A stretch of DNA of 64,000 nucleotides, taken from contig JAYWIR010000021.1 in assembly GCA_036172245.1 (NCBI GenBank), positions 1 to 64,000 on the forward strand, read 5' to 3'. This document shows positions 11,905 to 25,349 of the stretch, piece after piece (position 1 is the first letter of the stretch; every line of letters begins with the position of its first letter). Position numbers and translations under genes: made by a program. The notes under the pieces are model-generated. The model searched no databases, was not told the DNA's origin, and saw nothing but the letters and a program-made list of their open reading frames with translations. The DNA comes from Raillietiella orientalis. Lineage: Eukaryota.

Positions 11905-14900
11905 AGACGAGGAAATGTCGGCAACACTTTTTTGCCTCACAGCAGACGTTTCCACGTTTCGGTCGACTCCGTCTAAAGTTGGCCCACCCTTACGAATTGC
12001 GGATTTCCCTTTGGGAATTTCCGTCAACGAGGACTCGCTTTTCATCCGTTTTATCTTACACTCGTGGAGATGGTCCGTTCGCCCTCCAGCACGGAACAGA
12101 GAACTTCCACCCGAATTTTTCTCGAATTTCGCACTCGAGGACTTCGATGGTGGGCCCAATATCATTGGGAGGAAACGTATTTACCGGAGAGGAAACGTAC
12201 ACAAAAGAAATACTCGAAAATAGTGCGAGACAGGAGCCAGACTGTCCGCACTGACTCCGTAGGCTGCGACTTTCCCCGAGGTTCACCTACGAATGCCGCA
12301 TTTGTGCCTACGCGCCGCGCCATAGCTTCCGTGTCCCGAAACTGTTCCCCGGGCAGAGAAAGGCACTTTCGGAGGGGACAGCGCGAGTAATTTGACGCGT
12401 AGCATTCAGAAAATCCCAGCACTCTTAAAACAGCGGTACTCAACACTTCAACAGCCCCTCTCCAGGAATGCCAATTGTTTTGTCCGACTTTACTGCCCAG
12501 TCCAGCTCTCCGGGGCCCCGAGTCCTCTTTCACTCGGAACGAGTGCGTTAGACGGACTTGGAGCGGCATTCGGAAATCCTGGCAATCGGGCAGACCAGAC
12601 TTCCCGTTCACCGCCATAGCGGACACTTTGGAACGGTGAACGCTTCGACTTGGAGGCAAACCTTTTGGTCACACGGATGCCGCGAGCTTCTAGCAAAAGC
12701 AGAAAGACGCCTACGTCGAAGCAGCCTCGTTGGGACATTTCTCCGGGCATCCGATTTCCTTGCAGTAGGAATTTCACTGAGAGAGAGAGAAAGACCACAC
12801 CCGAGAAGGGAGTGCGATGCAAAGATGTTTCTTTTTTATTGCCAGAAAACTTTATTCGTTAGCGACGATTTTCCTTGGAAGGAAAAAGAAAGTTGATGCC
12901 GATCAACGGTTCTGCGGTTCCGTGGGAATGATCGACGGATTTACAAGGATGACTTCATTTCTATTTGGAGAGGAATTTTCGAATGCAGGCATTCAACAGC
13001 GGCGAGACTTGGTTTCCACGCAAACACACTGCAGCCCCGTACCCAAGCGCGAAAGGTGCAAATACGAGATGCATTCAAATCATTTCCGGGTCACTCATTC
13101 ACCTGCGCAAAATTCTTCCTCCAGATTCCAGATTCAGTGCATGCGTGAAGAAATCAGTTTGAAAACGTACGCACGTTCCCTGTCCACGCGTCCATCCTAA
13201 GGATATCTGTAAAGTCAAGAGATCCGTTGATCTGGGAACATTTTAGCCGCGGGGAGAAGCACCCTTGGGCAATTTGAAAAAGCCACCTTTGTCCTCCTAT
13301 GCCATGATCTCATTTATCCGTGATCTGTCTCGAGGATGCATGCAAGCAAACCTTCCCAGCAAGCGTTCCCAACTTCTTCGCTTGGACGTTCGAGAGCAGT
13401 TCCCGTTCGCAGATACAGAAAGCTGCTACCTCTGTTCCCCGTTTGGGTGCGTCCTCGGCGTGCCGATCGGGACTAGGCTGCTGCCAAAGACCCACTTCCC
13501 TGCACTATTTTCCGCGGAACCCGAATGGCCTTCGTAGCCCTTCGAATCTTTCGCTCCTTTCAAACGTCAGCGACGTTTGGTCAGGTTGAAACCGCGAACC
13601 GTTCGAGAAACAACGGACGGACGGATTTGCAGGGACCACTCGAGCCCGGAGGCGCAAGAGGAGCTTGCAGCCTTCGAAAAAGACCGACTTCAGCTGACTT
13701 TCCACCGTTGCATTTTCTGAAAGGAAACTGCAAATTTGCAAGCAGTGCATCGTTCGGCGAATTTTCCAGATTCCTCCAAGGCCCCATTCGCTGTTTGCAA
13801 TACCTACCAGTGCAGTCGTCTATCATAACCCCTCTCCATTGCCACAAACAAAGGCCATGCGCTAAAAAGAAAAGGTTGCAGCCTGCGCGAATCGCCTTGC
13901 GATTAGCAAACGGTGTGCCGTGAAATCCTCGAGACGATAATCCACACGGTCAAAGCGGTGAGCCGAAATTGTGAAAAGCAGCAGCCTACGCGGCCAACTT
14001 CCCCAGGATTCGCCATGCTTGAAACGAAAGTTCCTCGGTTCCCACTACGAGAGCGCTCCTGCTGCCTATTTCCGCTGACAGGAATCCAGCATACTCCGGA
14101 TGAAAGACCGTTCGACCATTCACTTCTTCGAATGAGACTGCTACGGAAGAAGGAAACTTCCAGCGGGAGGAGCGAGTCACGCGGATGCAGAGCTTGCAGC
14201 AAGCTCTTTCCGAGCTGCTTCATATCCTTTCCGCAGAACAAAGTTCCGCGCCACAGGACAGACGTTTTTTTCCCCAGGAGGCCGCACGGTCGTCACGGAA
14301 TCGATCCCTTTCCCGTGAGCTTCCAACACGGTGCGAACGGTACGTTTGCCGAGAGAACACGAAATCTGCCGTGGTCGCGCGAGCGAACGAACGCGCTTTC
14401 CACCCGCACGTCCATTCGGGTGGAGTTGGGAATGCCAGGCGCTCACCAGAAGTTTCGATGGAAGACGAAACACACCGATGGCTGCTGGAGTCTTCGCCCG
14501 CATTCCTCTGATTCTGCGGCCGCCTGAAAACTAAATGCGTCTGCACACTCCACGCTTTCCGAGAGACACACCCCGACAGGAAGGCGAAAATGCGGGACTG
14601 CGAGCAAACCACAACGAACCGCCAAAGAGCATCGTCGGCTTCGTGCACTGCGACTGCGATGTCCCTGAAATGAGGACGTTGCGTTGCCTTCTTCTTCAGG
14701 CTTTTCCCAAGGAACATTCGGTTGAACGGACTGCTATGAACGCAAATTTCAGCTAAGAGTGCTAACTTGTGTAAACGTGCAATTACAGCTAAAGAGCTGA
14801 CGCTTCACCGCTGTAGGGCCTTTCCTTTGCTACGCAAAGAACTGCAAACTAAGAGCCCCCACCCTACGTTTGTTCAAGCGCTCGCCTTCCCAATTTCCCG

Positions 14901-15741
14901 GTTCCCTTTGCACCGCAGATGGATCCAATGCAGACGATGGTCCCAGCATCGGCATCGTCGCCGTTTCGACGCAGTGCTGTTGGACGACATCGAAACCAAC
15001 CAGAAAAGAAATGCACCTAGGACGATTAAAGGCCGAGCATCCCTTGGGTCATCAAAAACACTCGTGCACGAAGCCTTGCGAGAACGAATCCCGCGTGACT
15101 AGGCAACTCGGACACAACGTGCACACGTCCACTCCTATGCCGGCCTCCGTCGGATTCGGCACGAAACAAGTCCAAAAATTGATCACCCTTTCGGCGGAGA
15201 CGTTAAAGGGCAAAACAAACGACCGATCCCGCGACTCGGACCCACACGGGGACAGTTCCCCCTCGAGGATCGTAAGACGGCAAAGAGAAACCGTCACGTG
15301 CCGACCCCGAATCTCTTGAGCATTTCCATGCATTGCTGCCGCCAACCAGGGAATGAATGCGTTCTACGCACTGAACAGCAGAAGAGATTTACAGAATCCC
15401 TTTCCATGTCGGCACGATCAGCAAAATTCACATCCGATGAAACGGTCCAGGTCTCCGGCGCCTGCTTGCGGGATGACCATGCCGATTGGGAGATGGGTGG
15501 GTGGGTGGGTGGTAGGGCGGGCGTCCATGGGGCCACGCCGCTGGCCGGTAATGACACTCTCAAGAAATGGTTCGTCGAAACGCCACCGTTCATCCCAAAG
15601 TGCACGGGCGCCGGGCGAGCCACTCCCGAAAGAACAAGCCACGTGCACGGATGGAGAAAAACCACTGCAGAATTTCATTTTCGAGTCCGCTTGCGCAACG
15701 AGCGGACTCGCGCGAGCGACCTCTGCGCGACACCGCGACAC

Positions 15742-18700
15742 TCAGTAGCACTTCTTGTGTTTCTCGAAATTGAGCACCTGCCTGACGTGAGCGTGGCAAA
15801 CGTTTCGAATGTTACGCTTCAGGTGCTGCTGTTTCGCCAAACCATTCACTAAGAGATCTTTGACGAACGTTCGGCAGATGCTGAACAGTTTCTTGGCGCA
15901 AGCTTGGAACAGAGGATGGCCGAATTCTATGCCTTCTTTCTGCAGCGCTGCCACCACGCCGTTACGTATTTTCTGCAGCGAGCTTCCCTCCTATCCCCGA
16001 ATCCCCCATTCCCCCCCCCCCCTGCTTACGGTTTTTAGGTATTCGTTCAGCTCTTTCGGAGTCTTGCCGGGAAAAGCGGAAAGCATCTTCTGATCCCTCA
16101 GAGCCTGCTCGCTGAAAATCCCGAGGAGCGATTCTCGACGATCGGCAGAACAGAAAAGCTTACGTCGTGCTGCGCACATGCTTCTCCAGGAGTCTGGGAG
16201 ACTTGCGGCAGGTCGGACCAAGCCTTGCCGCTCTCCGGGGCGGGGAATGCACCTGCTGCTGTCCAGACACGCTCCCTTTGCTCGCAGACGGAACCGGCGG
16301 GGCCACGCAACTGGACGTGGTTTCTCTCCAGATCAGTTGCCGGTACGATTCGTGCACGGTAAACTCCATCCGCTCGCTTGCGGCACCGCAGTTATAACTG
16401 GCCACACCATCACAAGCACACTGGCATGCATCCTTCTTACAAAACGTTAGCAAAGGGAACACTCAGGACACGTGGCCATTCCAGCGACAGAAATGCCTCC
16501 AAGTCCACTTCGGATCGGAGATGTCCACCTGGACTCTTGATTCCAACACCGCTACCTCTCCACGTCAACTCCCCAGCCTTCTGCAACACTGACAATAAAC
16601 TGTCAGCAGGTGCTTCAGCGGCAGGACAAGGAGCAGCAGGTGACAAAACGCATCTTCCTCTTTCCCTGTACGACTGTTCACCTTCCAGCAAATGGCACAC
16701 AGAGTACAAGTTGGACAGCGCTACGTTCCCAGCTGGTGCACAGCACAGGCACAATTGTTCCAGAGCAGACTGCAGCAGGCCATGCAACCGATCCGTCTTG
16801 GTGCACTCCGCTTCGGGAACGAGGGCTTCTGCTTCAGCAATTAACTGGTTCACCCAAGAGGCCCAATCTGGATGCACTTGATCTGCAAAGCAAAACACGT
16901 TTTCGGGGTCCACACTTGGAATAAGTCGCTCTCTCTCACAATCTACAGCTTCTGCGCTGGTGGTCGACTGCAGTTTCGAAAGTAGCAGCTGCAAATTGCA
17001 GAATTGAAAGACCATTCCAAATCTCATAAGGAAACTCACCCTCCCGTCAGAGCAGCACACAGCAAAAACGGCCACGTTCTTGAATGCACATGGAGATGCC
17101 AAGGCTCCGGTCCACGAAGGTTCGAGCATCCCTGAAGAGACGCTGTCCGTGAAGTCATGGTACGAGGTGCCTTGGCTAACATCGTTGCTCCAAACATATT
17201 GCAACCGCAACAAATACGTCAGCTGTCCACAGGAATCAAACAAGCACGTTCCCAGCTCAGGGTACCTGAGTGCTGCAGAACAGATCCAGAAGCAGCTGCT
17301 GAATCACAGGATTCTCAGCTTGCAATTCCCAACAGAGTGCAGATTCCAGACATGCACGAGGTACGGATGCAGTGGCTACACAAGCAAGTAGCTCCAGCAA
17401 AGGACACAACCAAAGGTGCAGCTTTTGCTGGGATGGCTGAATAAGGAAGTCCCCAGGCACCTGAATGCAAGCACGATCGTCTTGGCCACCCAAAATGCGC
17501 AATCCAGGAACAGCTTGGAAAGTTTTATGATCTTTTTCTAACAGTCCCAAGGCGCCTCTCCACGCTGTATTTGGCTCAATTACAGGAAAAGGATCTTTCA
17601 AATAGCACACTTGGGCTCCAAGACTGCATGCCCACTGCTGAACGTGGGTGGCATTCGGATTGTAAGTAAACAAACAAAAGCAGCCTCGATGCCAGCTCTG
17701 AAGCCGATACAAACTGGTGAACAATTCCGGATCGTCCCTGCAATCCACGTTATTAAAAAGTAAAACGTTGTGCAAGAGAGGGGAAACAAAAAAAAAAAAA
17801 AAAAAAAAAGAAAGGAAAGTTATCCAAGCTACTTGAAAGAAGGCGCACAGAGACAAGAATTTGCTCCTTCCCCACCCTCCACACACACTGCCATTTTGAC
17901 AACATGTGCTGACAAGCAGAGACATACAGAAATCTATCTACCACATCATACAGAATGCACAAAGAGTGAACAGGATCCCTCTGTCAAACAGGCCAACAAC
18001 GCACTCGGGTCCACAGAAATCCAACAGCAGCCAGTAGACATCCAACAGATAAAATCCTTCGCCTGGCAACTGATCAGCCAGATGATGCACACTCACAGCA
18101 ACCTTCTCTCTGCAATCCAGTTTCAACACTTAGTGGAAATCATTGCAAATGATTTTTAACAAACCAAAAAAAACAAAAAAAAACATCACTGTTTGTTTCA
18201 CAATTTTACTGACACTTGCAACACTCAACACTCATTTTCCCTTAATCAGAAACAGAAACAACTCGTCATCTGAGAGCACACCTACCAAGCACTCAGCGAT
18301 TAACCATCCCAAGTCATGCAAAAACTCTCTGCAAACTCTCTCAACGTCAAAGGGAGCTGGCTCCTCACCTTGCCTGGGATCTGCATGCTTTTGGAGGTGA
18401 AATGATCTTTAAAGTCAACCACTTCCGAACATCGGGTAACGGCACGCTTTGCCACTTGCTGCAGGAAATCCCGTCCCCCACCAATGCTGCCTTGCAATTC
18501 TTCTTTTTGCTGGCTCCAGGGAAGAGGCGAAGCTTGCAGTTAAATGACTCCAAAGCGTAGGGCACGTCGTGTCGGGACGACACGTCCCTGGCTGAAGGAA
18601 GGTGCGTGCAAAAACCCGACAGGTAAAAAGGAAATGGAAAACAATGCTTGACCTCTCACATTCTCCGTCACACACGTCCCACCTCACGCTGGAAACCGTG

Positions 18701-18776
18701 CCGCCGCATCAGCCAGCACCCTTCCGTGGGAACAAAGCTTACCGGAAATAACGAACAACTTGAACTTCGTCAGCAT
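15742..18776 (-). CDS. MTBP: Mdm2-binding protein (MTBP, Sld7-like replication-initiation factor), multi-exon gene
   Basis: Collinear matches to MTBP motifs as I recall them from the human protein: SVHHLADQLPGEG (LHQLSDKLPAPG), FTSLYRLQSWH (GALKHLREWY), AWRGALGLLEK (LWRGKIQIWER), CPLLELLACVATASVP (GPALEFVQMIKLSDLP), YRQLIWRETTSSC (QSRLIRYETQTTC). The C-terminus VVAALQKEGIEFGHPLFQACAKKLFSICRTFVKDL...HVRQVLNF matches [36 protein letters not shown]...AVQVIDW. Proposed ATG at 18776 (exon 18776-18743 splicing in phase to 18591); stop at 15742. Some internal junctions are approximate. Confidence 0.87.
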
Positions 18777-19469
18777 TACGAATTGCTTTCTTCTTTTGAC
18801 AACTCGTCCGTCAACTCATCAACTCATCGTGCACAATCTTCACTGCAGGTTTCCCCCCCCCCCTGCACGTCGGTCGGGCACGGTGGCAACGCGCCATGCT
18901 TTGTCCAACGATGCGCTTCCCGACGTCACGCGGACAGCACAGAGAAGACAAGTTCTTCCCGCCTTGCGGAAAATTGCACTTTCCGACACTCTGCATCAAC
19001 CCGTCTTCCGAAGGGAAAGAGCCTTCCGCGGGCCTGCCTTGCCCTCCCGTCTTGCCCTGCACTCCGGACGACCGTCGCTCGCCGTTCGACGTGGGCAACC
19101 GCCGCGCCCCGCAGGCAACCACGCGACTACAGCTGATCGTGGGCGCCGCCGCCGCCGCCGCCGCGGCAGGTGGCGCCGGGCCTTTCGACGGATGCGCCCC
19201 GTCCCACCATCCACGCCCAGCGACTCGCTTGAACTCTGGTGCGGAGCTGCCGCAGGAAATTTCCCCTTCCCCCGACCTCGGCAAAGCCATTCCGATACGC
19301 GGAAATCCGATCAGCCTCCGCCATGCGGCAGTCGCGCAAGAATCTCCTCCCTCCGATGCTTCTTCCCCCTTCCGTCTCTCTTCGCCTTTCCGTTTTCCCT
19401 CGCCACGCGCGTTGCAACTCATCCGCAAGAGGGCGAGTGCCGTTATCCGACTTGGTCACCCAAGATCAC

Positions 19470-21400
19470 CTTCCGTCAGAAGTCAGCGCAGTCGCCCGCA
19501 GGAGACGCCGGTGCGGTGCGAAACTAGCACGGGTCGTTCGGGGAACGCAAGCGGTTCTTCCATGCGCTTCTCCCTCAGCTCCAGCCTCGCATTGAAATCG
19601 GGACGTGGAGTCGAAGTGCAGCGAGTGGTACCCATGGTCGCCGGGACGAGACGAGTCTTCTTCCTCGTCCGACGACGTCATCCGACTCCGATAGAGCCTC
19701 TTTCTTGCAACGGCATGCGGAGAAGAAACGGCGACGGGGTCGGCAATCACCTTGGGAATTCGTCAGCACGCTGCACGCCAACAGCTCGTTTGTCCTTGCG
19801 TGTTTCCAGGTGACGATCCTCCGCGCATCCGAGGTCTCTGCAACGCCGTTCCGAAACAACTGGATGGCGACGACGCTGAGATGACGTTCGCGAAATGGCG
19901 CCCCTCACTTTCCGAGCGCTTCGGCACTTCGCCAACGACTCTTGCGCGTCTCAGACTGCTCAGCCGCTTGGATTGTGGGTTCGCACGCACGCGATTGCCA
20001 GAGTCCGCGTCCGATGGCGGTTCCAGCAGATCCCGGAAGGGATCCGCACTCTGGAGCCCTGCCGGCGTTGCGCTCGAGGCACCCTGGTCCTCCGCACGAA
20101 AGAGCAGAGACGTCCAGCGCAAGGAACGGTGCGTGGGCGGTTCCTGTTGCATCTTTGCCTGTTTGCTTGGGGTGCGAAGGATGATCGGTACGAACAGCCT
20201 CCTCCCTCTTCCAACGGAGATCTGCAGGAGCGCTTCGGAGATCTCCGCGAGACCCGGCGCGACGTCCGCCGTCCAGCACCAAGCTCGATGCACTCTTCTT
20301 CGGAAGAGAGGCCAGCCGAGGTTTCCGAGAGCCGAGCGAACTCTGCGACTTTGGTGAGCATCGATCGCGGCCCTCCGCTTCCGCTTTGGTCTTTCTCTCT
20401 CTCTCCGGCTGGCTGTCAACCTCGGAACCGCCCGGATGGGAGTTGGCGCGGGACGCACGTTTTCCTCGAAGGGCGCGTGCTTATCCGTGGCTGAAGTCAG
20501 GGCCGGCTGCAGAGAGTTGTCCTCCGGTGGCGTTCCGGGTTCCCGGACACAATCGTCTTCGTCTTCATCATTCGGGAATTCCCCTGTGGGCAGTCCGAAG
20601 CGCAGATGGAATCTCGGGAAAGGTGGCGAAGGTCGCAGCGAGCAGGGAGCCATCAAAGTGCCGGAGAGCAGCTCGCGCTTGCGCCAAACTTTCGGATTGG
20701 CAGCAGCCGGCGTAGGGATACCGGGAGCGAACGTTCGAGATCGCTGAAGCAGGAACGAGGGCACGCGACCTTTTCGAAAATCGAAGGGGGCGAGTCCGGT
20801 ATCCTGAAAGATGCACGAAGATGATGTCAGAGGACGGGAAGGTACGGAAGGACGGAACACCCTTTCCGCACACGCCCTCGTTCCCAAAGAATGGGTGGGG
20901 CGTCGCGGAAGTGAGCGAAACTGGCAGAGGTGCGTCGGTGGGCAGCGAATCAGATTCGACCGTGCGTCCCGAGGTGATGGACGCCAATTGCACGGGGGCG
21001 CACCCGCTTCGCCGATGCAACCTTCGGCTTCCCGCTTGCGTGTGACAAAGATCTTCCTCGCGGAAGGACCACCGCGGCGCCACGGTTGCCGAGGCCGCTT
21101 CCGACAAGCTGCTGCTGTCGAGGTGACCTGAGCCGTCAGCCTCCTGCGACGCGGAGCCAGGCGCCGAACCGCCCTACGAGTTTCCCGAACTACCCATGCC
21201 GGACGGACGCGCGCGGAGTCCCCGCCGGCGAAGAAGCGGGAGCTCATCTTCTTCGTGGTGGAGACGGGTGGCTCGCCGGACCTTCCCGTGTCCAAGCGGG
21301 GATTGGAGGAGGGGACGCTCTCGGCCCACGTGCGACTCGACTCCGCGGCTGACGTGCACGTTGGTGAGTCCCGCGTGGTGGTCCGGTACGCTCGGCCGTT
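19470..21400 (-). CDS. Probable multi-exon gene encoding a low-complexity protein, unassigned
   Basis: Protein-like segments in different frames next to splice signals: cttcag|AISNVRSRYPYAGCCQSESLAQARAALRHFD, ...RKSRWRSAEALG|gtgagg, and RKRLYRSRMTSSDEEEDSSRPGDHGYHSL. Boundaries are uncertain. Confidence 0.3.
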
Positions 21401-21918
21401 CCGGAAGACGTTCCTCTCCCGCCGGACGATGTAGCCAGATCGGGAGCTGCGGATTCCGTCCCGCCCGACTTTCCCCGAGCGAGGCGGCACGCCCTGGAGG
21501 AGGGCTGCCTCCTCTCCAAGCCCATGACGCCTCGGGGAGGCGGAAGCGGGTGCGAGACCATCCTGCTCCAGCGGGCCCGCTTGGCACGGGAGGCAAGCAG
21601 CACGCGGTGCGCGTTGCAGGAAGAGGGCGCGCATCTTCCCTTGCGGGGAGACGCGCGTCTGGTGTGCGCTGCCAGCGGACGGGTTCCTTCCGACCACAGG
21701 CAGCCTCCTCCCCTTCCCGAGGGCGGTCCCGCGCGCGCCGACTTTCGCCGGTGACGACGAACTGAAGCCACCTCCAAGTCGTTGGCAGGGAAGCGGCGGG
21801 ACGGAGGTCGCCGCGCGACCCTCGGCCGGGTGGCGGTAGCAGCGGCGGCAGGTTCTCTTTCCGCCGCCGCGCTCTTCGCCCGTCGGGCATCGGCCCGTTC
21901 CTGGAAGGCAAGTTTCAC

Positions 21919-23180
21919 TTGCCGGAACGGGCCGCGGTTTGGAACGCCTTCGCGGCCCCCATACTCCGCCCCTTGCTTTTTGTTTGCCCCGCCCTCGTGG
22001 AATCGAAAAAGCGGACGAAGGACCTCCTCCGCATAGCTCTTTGGGGCAAGGGGAGGCCCCGAGTCCCTTTGAAGGACTTGTGCGCTCCGCGTCGGGACGG
22101 CGGTCTCAGCATCCTGACGCTGGAGCGCGTGGAAATCCAGCTGCGATGGCGGACCCTCGCCATCGCAGCGAAGATGTGGAGCACCGCTTGGTGCATTCCG
22201 GCCCGTCTCCTGGCCAGGCGTGTGTCCCGCTGCGAAGGACTCGCATCGTTTCTTCTGTGCCCTGGCCGGAAGATTCGAAGATGCGGTCTACTGCTCGGCC
22301 GCATGGCAACCCTGGCAAAGGAGAACGACTGGATGGTTTGTGGCCCTGCCAACTCCTCCGCTTGGCTGGAAGAGACTGCTGGCACCTGGGCCAAGCTGAA
22401 CCAGAGGTGCGAAGACCAGATGAACTGCCTGCGAGTCGGATTTTACGCCCGCCGAACTCTCCGTGAAATTCTTGAATTTCCACCGAGTTGCACGTGGGCG
22501 GAAGGCACACCCCTTGTTACGGCGATGCCCTTCCTCCAAAGGGCGCTTCACGAAAGCCGGAAGCCAAGGTGGCAAGTCTGCTGCCGTATCGCAGGCAGAG
22601 AGAAGACGATGAGCGGCTGGACCATGGGAGAGTTGACAGATGCAACGACCCCTAGTCTCCAGCCGCGTGGATCAAGAAGATGGGGCGAGCTGCTCGGCAT
22701 TCGATTGGATGACCTGAAGTGGCCCCCGGTTCTACTTGGATCCAGGATTCTTCCCCTGAAGTGGCAAGAATCGGCGCTTCTGTGGCTGCATTGGGGTCTA
22801 CCCTGCAACGCGCGCCGCTTCTACTGGACGCGGGGAAGAGTAAATCCTGCGTGTGCCAGGTGTGGGGAGCGGGAGTCGCTCCCCCACCTCTTAGTTGAAT
22901 GCCCTGCCGTCCGGATTCTTTGGGAACGTCTTAAAACGGCACTTGGGATACCGGATGGTGGCAATGGTGGATGTATCTTCAGTCTTGTCTTCGTGCGGGA
23001 CGCCCTCAGTCCAGCTGCAGCCCTGGCACCACTTTGCTGCATTCGTGGTATCGTGGCGGCCTGGAGTGATGCCGAAGATGAACTGCTACGCCTTCAGCAA
23101 CACGTCTGGCCTCCAGGAAGGGGTCCGAGATCTCGGACTCCTACGCGGAATCCAGAATACTGTCTTCCATCACCGCACCT
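21919..23180 (+). mobile_element. Tx1/L1-like LINE fragment: post-RT region and C-terminal CCHC (zf-RVT) domain, 5'-truncated
   Basis: ORF 21919-23346 contains LWGKGRPRVPLKDLCAPRRDGGLSI and KWQESALLWLHWGLPCNARR...CARCGERESLPHLLVECP. No RT core is present. Confidence 0.85.
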
Positions 23181-23449
23181 CGCTGGAATTCTGAACGCAG
23201 CTCCAAGACGCCGAGGTGGCACATCTCCCTTGCCGAAGAAGAGGAGTTCGCTCTCGGAAGCGAAGGTGAGATGTGCACGGGAACGCAGGAGTCCTGGCCG
23301 GAGAAAGTCCCCTGCCCCGACGCGGAGGAGGACAAGGACGGAGTAGAGAATGCCCACTTTCCTCAGGTGCCCGTCCACCGTGACAGCTTCCCGTCCACTC
23401 AGGTGACGGGTTCCGCAAACGATGCCTCCTTCTCAGCCTTCATGCCGGG

Positions 23450-23657
23450 AATCGCCTCTCGCCACCATTTGCGAACCTCCTGGTGGAACGTCGACGGGCT
23501 AACCGACAACAGCAGCAGACGAGACGCCATCTTACGCCGTCCTTTGACTTCGTGCTGCTGTAGGAGATTCACGTCATGTCCGCAGAGCAGGCACGGGATG
23601 TCGAGCGGTTAGCGGGTGGCTAGCTGCTTTTCACTCGGTGGCGCCGGGGCGTTTATT
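23450..23657 (+). mobile_element. Degenerate N-terminus of a LINE APE endonuclease (ORF2 start)
   Basis: LRTSWWNVDGL followed, after a frameshift, by FDFVLL*EIH (consensus SWNVNGL...DIVLLQETH). Bases 23620-23657 resemble 31923-31960 (agctg.tttt...gccggggcgtttatt). Confidence 0.65.
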
Positions 23658-24720
23658 TTAAAAAGAATTTATCCGTGAAGAAAAGTTCCCAGACAAAGTG
23701 TACAGAGGATCGAAGGCAGGGCTCCCGGACACGTAGGTCGGTAAAAAGGAAAGCCCTGAATTGGAGGGGAGGAGGACCATAAAGGAAATATATAGAAAAA
23801 TACAAATATGGGAATGGGGAATATGGGAAGGAGGCTGGGGACAGGGGTCTTTGTCTTCCTTTTAGAAGCGGCGTTGGAGATGCCGGAGATCTCGCTTCTC
23901 ACTTCTGAAAGATGAGGCCCCACCTGGCAGCCGTCGTCATGTTGTCGCCGGCTAAACCGATGGCCTCTCGAAAAATCGCCTGCGACTCCACCTGGCGGCG
24001 GACCGTGAAGATGGTGCGGATGTAACGGATCGTTGCGACAACCGCACCTAACGACAGGCCGCCTGGCATAAAGAAGCTGCGCATCAAAATCCTTGCGGTG
24101 TCCCCATGGTGCAGGAGAGCTGAGGCCAACCTCCGCCACAGCCCTTGGAGGACAACCCAGTCGAAAAGCAGATGCGGGAGCGTGTCCGCTGCTCCGCACC
24201 TCCCACAGTTCGGGGAGGCAACTCCCCCGGAAACAAGGTTGCTACGCCGGCTGCAATGAAAGCTCCAACGCACCATCAAGAGCACGTCGGAGCGCTGCTT
24301 CCATGGAATGGTGTTCCCGCTCCAGCAAGACGAACCTTCCAACTTGGAACGGGCCCAGAGCACTGGCTGCCTTGAGAAGACAGTCTGACCACGCTTCAAC
24401 TGGACGGATGTCGCGCAGCGGTACGCCAAGGTACTTCAAAGTCCTGGCCGTGGGGATCCCCACGAGGATCCAGTGGGACTGACCCTCCCACGCCGCACCC
24501 GCAGCAACGACCACGCACTCTTTCTCCTGTTTCCGCTCACGCCCGCTCCCTGACGAATCAGCTCGAAGAAATCCTGGAGACCGAACGCCGGGGTGGACAG
24601 ACCGGTGGTCAGAGGAGAAGCAGGTCATCGGGCGCGGAAGGCGCACCTGGACAAGAGCTCACCAGGTCGGCCAAGGTGAGACGGTACGGCAAGACGCGTC
24701 TGAGCGTGGCTCCGGCGTGT
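23652..24720 (-). mobile_element. Tx1/L1-like LINE fragment, internally deleted, with 3' UTR
   Basis: An RT remnant (LKYLGVPL) is joined almost directly to CGRCGAADTLPHLLFDW (zf-RVT with the last Cys changed to Trp). A pyrimidine-rich 3' UTR ends in AATAAA at 23657-23652. Confidence 0.75.
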
Positions 24721-25349
24721 GGAAGCTCCGCAAGTAGTGCTGGGAAATTTTCTCGCGACGACTTGTGATTATGTACCGTTTTCTTCTACCTCTATATACA
24801 CGTACTCTAGCTGTGTGCGGAAAATTAGTGTGGTACGTTGTCCATATACGGATTTTCCTCTGTTCGCCCGCAGCTGCTGTAATTTAACTACAGAGCTGTT
24901 GGTTGGGCAAGGTAAGAGTTTTTGCCCTGTCCCCATCCAGACGTTGCCTAGGTTGAATTAACTGTTGTTTTTTTTCCCACAGCTTTATAACAGTTGATGA
25001 AAAAAAAAAAGGGTTTGAAGAAAAATGAAAATTGCGTGGTAGAGATACGTGGGATTGCTGGCAATGGTTGCCATAGCATCGCGATTGTTGATTTTTTCTA
25101 AGATGGTGGCATGTCCACGTGGCATGCTTGTACCAGACCCGTACCGCGGGCAAGCCACGTGATAGCGTGCCTGTATTGCGCTTATACACTGCTAGTGTAC
25201 ACACAGCAGTATTCGCGAGCTATCTCTCGTGTTCGGAAAACTTTTTTTTTTTACCATGTCCATGGCGCTCGCGCTCGCGTCTGTACTGCTGAAGGTTTCG
25301 CAGTAATTTCTAATTTTTATCCGATATTCGTTTGTTTGCCTCATGACAC

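Noticed and set aside
17789..17808. Poly(A) run as a retro-insertion tail; also the (GCC)6 tracts at 19145 and 61810
   Set aside because: Simple repeats. The A-run lies in an MTBP intron with no element body or TSD.
19763..21697. 644-aa ORF as a single-exon gene
   Set aside because: The region is GC-rich with long ORFs in several frames. The protein-like pieces switch frame at splice signals and no domain is recognisable.
25105..25130. HDV-like ribozyme upstream of the Utopia-like element (TCCACGT loop)
   Set aside because: P3, P1 and P1.1 pairings cannot be formed. It is only a short palindromic hairpin.
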